Shown here: piece after piece, positions 53,625 to 64,000 of the stretch | Layout: the number at the start of each line of letters is the position of its first letter | How positions within the stretch are numbered: position 1 is the first letter of the stretch | Assembly (NCBI GenBank): GCA_964016885.1 | Contig: OZ024750.1 | Location: 36,084,001 to 36,148,000 of the forward strand | Direction of reading: 5' to 3' | DNA length: 64,000 nucleotides | From: Eledone cirrhosa | Lineage: Eukaryota | The notes under the pieces: generated by a model | Databases searched by the model: none | What the model was told of the DNA's origin: nothing | What the model saw: only the letters and a program-made list of their open reading frames with translations | Program-made: the position numbers and the translations under genes

Positions 53625-54117
53625 ATATATATAGAGAGAGAGAGATATATATACATATACATATATGTATTTATATATATATATATAGATATAGATATAT
53701 ATACATATACATATATGTATTTATATATATATATATATAGATATAGATATATATACATATACATATATGTATTTATATATATATATAGATATAGATATAT
53801 ATACATATACATATATGTATATATATATATATATATAGATATAGATATATATACATATACATATATGTATTTATATATATATATAGATATAGATATATAT
53901 ACATATACATATATGTATTTATATATAGATATAGATATATATACATATACATATATGTATTTATATATATATATAGATATAGATATATATACATATATGT
54001 ATTTATATATATATATAGATATAGATATATATACATATACATATATGTATTTATATATATATATAGATATAGATATATATACATATATGTATTTATATAT
54101 ATATATAGATATAGATA
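53140..54117. repeat. (TA)n plus compound microsatellite with a ~42-bp higher-order unit
   Basis: gatatagatatatatacatatacatatatgtattta(ta)n repeated from about 53640. Confidence 0.9.
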
Positions 54118-54408
54118 TCATCATTTCATTTTATGTCCGCTTTTCCCTGCTTGCAAGGGTGGGACGGGAATTGATGCTGGCTTGATTTCTACAGCTGGAT
54201 GCCCTTCCTAACACCAACCTCATTTACAGTGAGTGTTGGGTGCTTTTTTGCCGTGGCACCTCCACGACCACTTTGCAGCTCATTTCTACAGCTGAGTAAA
54301 CTGGAGCAAAGAAACTACTCAAGGAAACAACACATCACCCGGTCTGGGAATTGAACTCACAACCTTTCGATTGCAAGGCCAATGCTTTAACCACTAAGCC
54401 ATGTGCCT
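54118..54408 (-). mobile_element. SINE family B lacking the central hairpin
   Basis: ctttgcag|ctcattt junction at 54278/54279. Confidence 0.88.
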
Positions 54409-54509
54409 TTATTTATATATATATACATACATATAGATATATGTATTATATACATATATACGTATATATACATATATATATGCACATATAGATATTTGTA
54501 TTATGTATA

Positions 54510-54748
54510 TCATCATCATCATCGTTTAACGTCCATGTTCCACGCTTGCATGGGTTTGGACGGGAGTTTTCCCACTTGAGGCAAGAGTGGTTGTCTTGCT
54601 CGCATAGGACTGTCTGGTGGGTTTTCTACAGTTGGATGCCCTTCCTAACACCAACCACATTTACAGTGTGGACTGGGAGGTTTTTACCGTGTTACCTACA
54701 CGGCCACATTACAGCGTGGACTGTGTGTTTTTTTGTCGTGACACCTAC
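54510..54748 (-). mobile_element. RTE family C 3'UTR fragment
   Basis: Matches 29683-29918. Confidence 0.85.
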
Positions 54749-54799
54749 ATATATATATATATATATATACATATATATATGTATATATACATATATATG

Positions 54800-54965
54800 T
54801 GGGGGCACGTGGCCTAGTGGTAAGAGTGTTGGACTTACGATCATAATGTTGTGAGTTCGATTCCTGGGCTGCGTGTTGTGTTCTTGAGCAAAACACCTCA
54901 TTTCACGTTGCTCCAGTATACTCAGATGGACTGGCGTCCTGTCCAGGGGGGAGGCTTGTACTGGT
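54800..54965 (+). mobile_element. tRNA-head CORE-type SINE running into the 28-bp array
   Basis: ggcacgtggcctagtggtaagag..gagttcgattcc..cttgagcaaaacac..gatggactggcgtcctgtccaggg. Confidence 0.8.
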
Positions 54966-54967
54966 GC

Positions 54968-56573
54968 ATTGCCTTGATGGCTACCATGCTGGGGCACTGC
55001 CTTGATGGCTACCATGCTGGGGCACTGCCTTGATGGCTACCATGCTGGGGAACTGCCTTGATGGCTACCATGCTGGGGAACTGCCTTGATGGCTACCATG
55101 CTGGGAAACTGCCTTGATGGCTACCATGCTGGGGAACTGCCTTGATGGCTACCATGCTGGGGAACTGCCTTGATGGCTACCATGCTGGGGCACTGCCTTG
55201 ATGGCTACCATGCTGGGGAACTGCCTTGATGGCTACCATGCTGGGGAACTGCCTTGATGGCTACCATGCTGGGCAACTGCCCTGATGGCTACCATGCTGG
55301 GGCACTGCCTTGATGGCTACCATGCTGGGGCACTGCCTTGATGGCTACCATGCTGGGGCACTGCCTTGATGGCTACCATGCTGGGGAACTGCCTTGATGG
55401 CTACCATGCTGGGGCACTGCCTTGATGGCTACCATGCTGGGGCACTGCCTTGATGGCTACCATGCTGGGGAACTGCCTTGATGGCTACCATGCTGGGGCA
55501 CTGCCTTGATGGCTACCATGCTGGGGAACTGCCTTGATGGCTACCATGCTGGGGAACTGCCTTGATGGCTACCATACTGGGGAACTGCCTTGATGGCTAC
55601 CATGCTGGGGAACTGCCTTGATGGCTACCATGCTGGGGAACTGCCTTGATGGCTACCATACTGGGGAACTGCCTTGATGGCTACCATGCTGGGGCACTGC
55701 CTTGATGGCTACCATGCTGGGGAACTGCCTTGATGGCTACCATGCTGGGGAACTGCCTTGATGGCTACCATGCTGGGGAACTGCCTTGATGGCTACCATG
55801 CTGGGGAACTGCCTTGATGGCTACCATGCTGGGGAACTGCCTTGATGGCTACCATGCTGGGGAATTGCCTTGATGGCTACCATGCTGGGGCACTGCCTTG
55901 ATGGCTACCATGCTGGGGCACTGCCTTGATGGCTACCATGCTGGGGCACTGCCTTGATGGCTACCATGCTGGGGAACTGCCTTGATGGCTACCATGCTGG
56001 GGAACTGCCTTGATGGCTACCATGCTGGGGAACTGCCTTGATGGCTACCATGCTGGGGAATTGCCTTGATGGCTACCATGCTGGGGCACTGCCTTGATGG
56101 CTACCATGCTGGGGCACTGCCTTGATGGCTACCATGCTGGGGCACTGCCTTGATGGCTACCATGCTGGGGAACTGCCTTGATGGCTACCATGCTGGGGAA
56201 CTGCCTTGATGGCTACCATACTGGGGAACTGCCTTGATGTCTACCATGCTGGGGAACTGCCTTGATGGCTACCATGCTGGGGAACTGCCTTGATGGCTAC
56301 CATGCTGGGGCACTGCCTTGATGGCTACCATGCTGGGGAACTGCCTTGATGGCTACCATGCTGGGGAACTGCCTTGATGGCTACCATGCTGGGGAACTGC
56401 CTTGATGGCTACCATGCTGGGGAACTGCCTTGATGGCTACCATACTGGGGAACTGCCTTGATGGCTACCATGCTGGGGAACTGCCTTGATGGCTACCATG
56501 CTGGGGCACTGCCTTGATGGCTACCATGCTGGGGAACTGCCTTGATGGCTACCATGTTGGGGCACTGCCTTGA
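54968..56573. repeat. 28-bp tandem array, about 57 copies
   Basis: ctgccttgatggctaccatgctgggg(a/c)a. Confidence 0.98.
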
Positions 56574-57131
56574 TAAGGCTCTGAATATGTTTAAAAGAAT
56601 TTCTTGCATTGCTACATTTTGCTTTGTAGCTGCTATGTGGGAAATGGTGGAACACTAAGGTCAGTGGCTGAAAAAGAAATATAAACCTTACATGGACAAT
56701 TCTAGAGAGAGTAACAGTGTTTAGAAATATTCCATATCATCTACTACCTCAATACAACACTAAACAAAAAAAAAAGTACTTGATTAATCTCAACCTACTT
56801 CTACATACCTGTTCCTTATTATTTATTAAAATCAGCAATGACAGGTAGCTGTCAAATAATATCTTTTTCTGCATGTAGATGGAATAAAGATGTATAAATG
56901 CAGATTAAATAATGCTTTATGTTATTTATATAAAAAGATCTTTGTTCTGGGATTCAAATTCCATTGAGACTTAACATTGTCCTACATACCTTTGATAAAG
57001 ATAAGCATCTACAATGATAATATTTTAGCTTTGAGGTAAATGGTTATACAATTCCATACAAAATCTATGTTCTCCCTAATTCTCCCAAACTTAACACTAT
57101 ACATGTTTGAATCATAAAAAATGTTGTTTAA

Positions 57132-57351
57132 CCCTTGAGCATTCACATTACTCTATATATACTATTATATGTTCATGGTAAAGGCTTTACCTCGCATAAT
57201 TATCTCCCATAGTATCAAATCTATGAGAAATTGAAAGTATTTATTTTGAGAATAATACCTTAACATCAGTTTGAGTGACCAGTTACAGCCAGTTTCAACA
57301 GAAAAAGGTAGAGAATTCTGGCCGGTTTTGGCCGGTTTGAACATTAAAGGG
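57132..57351. mobile_element. piggyBac-type MITE
   Basis: TTAA on both sides; CCC...GGG termini. Confidence 0.85.
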
Positions 57352-58067
57352 TTAATACATGCTTTCCATTTTTTCCTATTTTATTGCCTTTTAATATAGT
57401 GGGTGGGCGGAACATTAGCAGAGTTGTTAGAACATTGGATAGAGTGTCTTATGGTATTAGTTCCTGCTCTCTCAATTCTTCCTCTGTATAAGATTACAGA
57501 GTTACTGAGTAACTCAGTCACCTACTTTACTAAGTACAAGATCTCTAAGTGACCTGATTGCCAACAACACAAAATATAAGATTGTTAGGTGACCCAATCA
57601 CAATTCTTCCTCTATATATCTCTCTCACTTCCTTTCACTCACTCTCTATCTTTCTCTGGAAGAAATCTGCTGTGTTCAGATGTATAGAGGAGATGGGCTC
57701 TGCCAGGTTTATAAAATGCTCAAGAAACACTGTATGTTAATATAGCAACCTTAGGACTCCATCAGAGGAGGTTATGGGTCCATACATATGTAATACAGTA
57801 AGACAGAATTTGGAGATTTGTACTTTGCTGTTATTTCTAGCAGGTCAACATAAAGACTTTATCCAAGAAATGCTGTATTTCAATATAGCACCCTCAGGAG
57901 TTACAGAAACACACACACACACACACACACGCATGTGCTTCACAACCAGAGAGAATGCGACTAGTTAGAAAATTACAAGTAGAATCCATTAATGGAACTG
58001 TAAAAATAGGTAAAAATTCCAAAATTTCTGCATATAATAACTGCATATACCGACTGGGTACAAAATT

Positions 58068-58503
58068 GCTGAGTAACTCAGTCACCTACTTTACTAAGTA
58101 TAAGATTACAGAGTTACTGAGTAACTAAGTCACCTACTTTACTAAGTACAAGATTACAGAGTTACTGAGTAACTCAGTCACCTACTTTACTAAGTATAAG
58201 ATTATAGAGTTACTGAGTAACTCAGTCACCTACTTTACTAAGTACAAGATTACAGAGTTACCGAGTAACTCAGTCACCTACTTTACTAAGTACAAGATTA
58301 CAGAGTTACCGAGTAACTCAGTCACCTACTTTACTAAATACAAGATTACAGAGTTACTGAGTAACCCAGTCACCTACTTTACTAAATACAAGATTACAGA
58401 GTTACTGAGTAACTCAGTCACCTACTTTACTAAGTATAAGATTACAGAGTTACTGAGTAACTCAGTCACCTACTTTACTAAGTCACCTACTTTACTAAGT
58501 ACA
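58068..58503. repeat. 48-bp tandem array, about 9 copies, palindromic core
   Basis: gagttactgagtaactcagtcacctactttactaagtacaagattaca; starts at 58111 and 58159. Confidence 0.95.
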
Positions 58504-59319
58504 AGATCTCTAAGTGACTTGATCACCAACAACACAAAATATAAGATTGTTAGGTGACCCAATCACCTACAACGTTATGTACATGGGTTACTCTTCACTC
58601 CTAGTTGGCATTAATTCATTTATGTTAGATTGTGTTGTATTCTCAAGAGTGTTACTAACTGCTAAATAGAGTCCTGAGTTTAGTGTCCAATCAATATTTC
58701 TTTACAGAAGAGGAAAAGAAAGAAGAAAAAACAATAAATGCAAATAAAATAAAAGAAAATTACTTTTTCTATAAAATCTTAAACCTTTGTTTTTCTAAAA
58801 TCAAACTGACTTCATCTTGCTAAGTTACAGAGCAGCTTATTGTCTGTTGACAAACCTGGTTTATTGATTTGATGTATATATTTCTTTTTACATATTCAGA
58901 TATCCTCAGGTTTTGGGAAATTAATTTGGTTAGACTGTTGTGTAATTCAACTATTTATAACATTACAATTCTCCTGATATCACCACAAAGTTATTTATCT
59001 AACTTGGTAATTGAAACTTTCATTATTTTTCAGAATTTACTTTTGATCTAAATGCTGTATGGTATGTTTTTGTAATAAAGCAGCTGTGACTTTTTACAAA
59101 AAATAAAAAAATATATATATATATTGTTTTTATCGATTGACAAAATCCCAGACCTCATTTGGTTACCAAGTGGAATGGAACTCACCAAATTGGACCAAGG
59201 CAACAATGTTTCCATTGGTCTTTCCATTGCTAATACTATCTACTGTCATGAAATAAAGTGTCTTGCAACTTCATGATTGTGAATTCAATTCCCTAACCAC
59301 CAATCCTACTAATTGTCTT

Positions 59320-59740
59320 AGTTCAAATCCCGCCGAGGTTAACTTAACTTTTCATTCTTATGGGGTCAATAAGGTAAAGTACCAGTAAGCATCATCATCA
59401 TCATCATCATCATCATCCTTTTACGTCCGCTTTTCCCTGCTTGCAAGGGTGAGATGGGAATTGATTCTGGCTTGATTTCCTAACACCAACCTCATTTACA
59501 GTGAGTGCTGGGTGCTTTTTTGCTATGGCACCTCCACGACCACTTTGCAGTGGAATGAAAGGGACCCCAGTCCCTATCATCTCATTTCTACAGCTGTGTA
59601 AACTGAAGCAATGTGAAGTAAAGTGTCTTGCTCAAGGAAACAACACACCCAGTCTGAGAATTGACTGAGTGATGTGTTGTTTCCTTGAGTAATTACTGTA
59701 CTGGGTAATTACTGGCCTTGTGCCAAAAGTAGAAACAATT
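59320..59740. mobile_element. SINE A (+) interrupted by a truncated SINE B (-) with a fold-back at the truncation
   Basis: A halves at 59320-59388 and 59695-59740; B at 59390-59665. Confidence 0.8.
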
Positions 59741-59819
59741 ATGGTTAAAAAGGTTTGGGTTTTGATTATGTAAAATACATATTTTCCATGCATTTTAGAT
59801 CTCTTCATGGCAATTTTGG

Positions 59820-60130
59820 TGATAGGAAGGGCATCCAGCTATAGAAAGCTTGCCAAACAAAGAGTTGGGAGTTGTGTCAAGGACATTACAACCTCTCTAG
59901 TGTTGGTGATTTACATGATACACACACCCAGTACATGCTGTCAATTGGTTGGTTAGAGGAAGGGCACCCAGCTGTAGAAAGCTTGCCAAAGAAAGAGTTG
60001 GGAGTTGTGTCAAGGACATTACAACCTCTCTAGTGTTGGTGATATACATGATACACACACCCAGTACATGCTGTCAATTGGTTGGTTAGAGGAAGGGCAC
60101 CCAGCTGTAGAAAGCTTGCCAAAGAAAGGA
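59820..60130 (+). repeat. 133-bp tandem duplication (~2.3 copies) containing the ggaagggca..cagc domain
   Basis: ggaagggca at 59825, 59958, 60091. Confidence 0.9.
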
Positions 60131-60664
60131 TTGGGAGGATCCTTCAGTTGTGTCAAGGATATGGCAACCATGTCCTGGTGCCATGATAAAATGCACTCAG
60201 TAGTATGTGGAACCATATGTAAGATAGCTGCAAACCCCAGCCTGTCTGAGAGGTCAGTAGCCTCACTTCAGTACTGACTTGGTCTCTGAAGGTCTGTCCA
60301 AACCTTGTAAGAACTTTCATGACTGAGGGGGGTCTTTACCTTTTTAAATATGAAAAGATCCTGCTGACAAAATTTTGTGCCCCAAATTACTTGCTAAACT
60401 CTCTATATATTGAACATAAATTCAACTGATTGAGTGTATTATCAGATTCTTCATTGATAGCTTTACTAAAGTCAACCATGTTATTATATATTTTATCAAC
60501 AACTAACACTTAGTTTCTTTTTTCACCCACCAAAAATCATTTCTTCTTTTTTTTAAATATTCTTATGAGAGTGATGAGTTATCAAAGACAACCCTTAATT
60601 ATATTTCATTTTGTCTATATACAAAAATATATTTTCTCCATCTTAGAAAATTAATTATTAATAA

Positions 60665-60800
60665 TTGTTTCTTCTTTTGGCACAAGGCTAGCAATTACCC
60701 CAGTGTATTATTGGTGCTTTATTTTATCAACCCCGTAAGGATGAAAGGCAAAGCTAACTCGGCGGGATTTGAACTCAGACCATAAAGGGCCATAACTCTA
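60665..60800 (-). mobile_element. SINE family A, partial
   Basis: ttttggcacaaggctagcaattacccc...ggcgggatttgaactcag. Confidence 0.8.
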
Positions 60801-61890
60801 TTAAGTATTAATAATAAATTGATGTTAGTTCAATAGACTATAACCCTTATCAACAATATTGGTCTTTTGCTTAGTCAAAGGAAATCAATAGATTCTTTAT
60901 TTTTCCTTTTAATCAAGTCAAAATATTATTTTTATATGCTTCATAAAAGAATACTTTTGATTGTTGCACAAAAAAAATAAAATGCTTTGTTTCCTTTTCA
61001 TGCATTCTTCTTCCAACAAATGTAAAATTTATATTTTTGCAAATTTTTTCATTCACCCACCCCCTCCCACCGTTCAACCCCTCCCAAACCCCACCTCCCA
61101 TCGCAAATTATTCAGTTTTGAGATGGAAATTTCTGTAAACAAAATCATTACCATCAATTTAACAATTTGATTAGCTACATGGCTGCTTAGACCATAATTC
61201 AATATTTTCCAACCTGGTAACATTTTTGAAAATTGTTAATTTTAAGTAGTAAAATCGAAAATTATTAAATGTTATTTAAATTGTTATCTTATCTTATAAA
61301 ATGAGATGAAATTTAAAAGGAAAAATATTTCAATTAACATTTCATTTTACGAAATATTTTTTTAGTTTCAAGATTTTCTTTTCACCAATTTACTATTTTA
61401 CTATTTTTTTTTGTAAGTTAACAAATATTATTTAAGTAATACACCAACTTTTTATGGTTATTCAAATACAAATAATTTACATTCTTGCCATTTTTTCAAA
61501 TATATATTTTTTATCATTCTTTTTGGATTTTTATTATAAAATATTTACATAACTATATATCACTGTTACCAAATATGAGTCTAAATACAGAAAAAACAAA
61601 ATTGAATTCAAAATAATGTTAAAATCATAGATTGTTTTTCACATTTAACTTCACAGTTTTATAATGATACATAATACTTTAGAAATCAAATAATGAGACA
61701 AAAGTTTTGCTGAAATTTTTTTATATGCAAGCAATCAGTAGCTGTCTGAGGAGTTTTAAGATAATTTTAATACATTACATTAGATTGAATTTAAAATGAT
61801 AGCATAATAAAATAGATACTAAAAAAAAAAGGCTATTTTCAGGAATTTCTTTCTACTCACATATTTCCCCACAAATTGTATTGGTTTCCT

Positions 61891-62235
61891 ATCATCATCA
61901 TCATCATCATCATCATTTACGTCTGCTTTTCCCTGCTTGCAAGGGTGGGACGGGAACTGATTCTGGCTTGATTTCTACAGCTGGATGCCCTTCCTAACAC
62001 CAACCTCATTTACAGTGAGTGCTGGGTGCTTTTTTGCCATGGCACCTCCACGACCACTTTGCAGTGGAATGATATGGACCCCAGTCCCTATCATCTCATT
62101 TCTACAGCTGAGTAAACTGGAGCAATGTGAAATAAAGTGTCTTGCTCAAGGAAACAACACATCACCCGGTCTGAGAATTGAACTCACAACCTTTCGATTG
62201 CAAGGCCAATGCTCTAACCACTAAGCCATGTGCCT
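61891..62235 (-). mobile_element. SINE family B, full length
   Basis: From the (cat)n tail to ccactaagccatgtgcc; ttccta on both flanks suggests a TSD. Confidence 0.92.
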
Positions 62236-63094
62236 TCCTATATTCTTTATACTTTATAGATAAAATACAGCTTTATTTAAGCATGTATCTGAGCTAACAC
62301 TAATTATCAAGCATGCCCTGGGTCAATATTTCCACAATTCTGGCATTAGACGGATTGTCCAGTATTGGTGAGCGAAGGCTTTGTGGTCTCACCTCTTACT
62401 CAAAGGTGTAACAAGGGAAAATAGTGCCTATGGCAAACATTGAAATTGAGCCCCTGCCCATGCAGCAAGCTATATAGTAGTTTAGTAGTTGTTAGACAAT
62501 GGGATTGACAGTGAAGTTTAAATAAATGACGGTTTAGGGTATTAAACTGAATTTTCATTTGTTCTAAAGGTATCCTTTACACTTAAGTATACGTAAAGTA
62601 TTGGCATAAGTGTTAGTATATTTAAAGGAAGTGATCTGTGTAATACTGATCTTTGACAAATATTAAAACCCTATTAAAATATTTGACAAGTCATACTATG
62701 AGGTATGCCTCTGTGATAATGTAGTTCCCAGCACTGTATTTTTATCTATGGTGGCCTAGTAATTTATATAAATGGTTTAATGATCCAGCTACAATAGTGT
62801 TTCTCACCCATGATAATCAAAGACAGATCATACTTCTCAAGAAGTTACTTTTTTCACACTCTAATGGTAGCTTATCTGACTTTAATAGAAAGCGCTCCTC
62901 GTCCAGGTAGCGCTCCCTTTCAAGTTGTGCCCTTGGCACGCGCCATGCTTGCCATACCTTGGATATGTCTCTGGTCTTACCTATGGGTAAAAAGTTGATG
63001 TTTCATTTAGAATTCCACACATAGTGACTGTTTTGTTCCTTTCCATAACCTCAATGTTATGGCAAAGGTGAAGTTCATTGCATTCATCATCAAA

Positions 63095-63290
63095 TGGTGG
63101 CAGGTTGGCAGTAACAGTAGAGCATTGAACACCATGCTTTGCTGTATATAGTTACAACCTTTACATTCTGAGTTCAAATCCTGTCAAAGTTAGCTTTACC
63201 TTTCATCCTTACAGGGTCAGTAAAATAAAGTACCAGTAATGCACTGGTTCGATTTAATTGACTTTCATATTCCCCCAAATTGTTGGCCTA
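63095..63290 (+). mobile_element. SINE family A, diverged
   Basis: ttggcagtaacagtagag..gagttcaaatcc..cctttcatccttacagggtc. Confidence 0.75.
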
Positions 63291-63761
63291 AATCAGGAAT
63301 GATTCCTAGTCAAATGGAATAAAATTCTAGAATACCAGGAATTATTTGCAAACTACTTTTTTCAGCAGTCTCTGGTATTTGAGATGGTTGTTTTTTGTGG
63401 GGTGGCACTGCCAAGTAGATTTTTGTTATTGTTAGTGACTCACTTTACTAACATATCATGTGATTCCCATGGGGGTGCTTGGTTATTCCAGTGTCTTAGC
63501 CTTGCCATCACCCGTAGTAATGCTGTGAATGTGTTGGCTTGCCTAAAAAGTCTTTCAAGGGAAACTCCAGTGCCTCTTTCTTGATATGTGTCTTTTCTCC
63601 CACTCTTTTTGCTCTTTCATTATATATATTATTTTAAATATATATATTGTGTTTATTTATATTCTATTGAAATGAAGGATCTACTTCCATGTATCCTTTG
63701 TTTCCTAAAACAATGTTTAAAGTTGCCTTATAATGTTCAATACACCTTGTCTTTGAACTAT

Positions 63762-64000
63762 GTCTATAACCCATCTCTATAATCCTTGTCTATAAACCTT
63801 GTCTATGGACCTTGTCTATAAGCACTGTCTATAAACCCTGTCTATAAACCTTGTCTATGAACCTTGTCTATGAACCTTGTCTATGAACCCTGTCTATAAA
63901 CCCTGTCTATAAACACTGTCTATAAACCTTGTCTATGACCCTTGCCTATGAACCTTGCCTATAAATCCTGTCTATAAATCCTGTCTATAAACCTTGTCTA
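63762..64000. repeat. 13-bp minisatellite, continues past the window end
   Basis: (tctataaaccttg)n with variants. Confidence 0.93.

Noticed and set aside
62165-62235. tRNA gene
   Set aside because: tRNA-like SINE head with A/B boxes but no acceptor stem; continues into the SINE body
62868-62881. tagcttatctgact resembling miR-21
   Set aside because: Short partial match with no precursor hairpin evident; likely chance

Overview
AT-rich, repeat-dominated animal genomic DNA with no supportable host gene. The repeat content (tRNA-head SINEs with CORE/Nin-like domains, RTE LINEs with (CAT)n tails, R4/Dong LINE, Penelope-like element, long (TA)n) resembles an octopus/cephalopod genome (inference). 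Bases 1-20092 are a 61-bp satellite with internal higher-order duplications. The remainder is nested decayed retroelements, MITEs, a non-autonomous Helitron, microsatellites and several further tandem arrays. Three themes stand out: (1) most tandem arrays, including the 20-kb satellite, trace to small pieces of SINEs or LINEs present in this window; (2) two RTE copies carry a PHD-like C4HC3 zinc finger inside the reverse transcriptase; (3) fold-back palindromes recur, often at (TA)n tracts. Most ORFs in the track are repeat artefacts. Boundaries of decayed elements are approximate.
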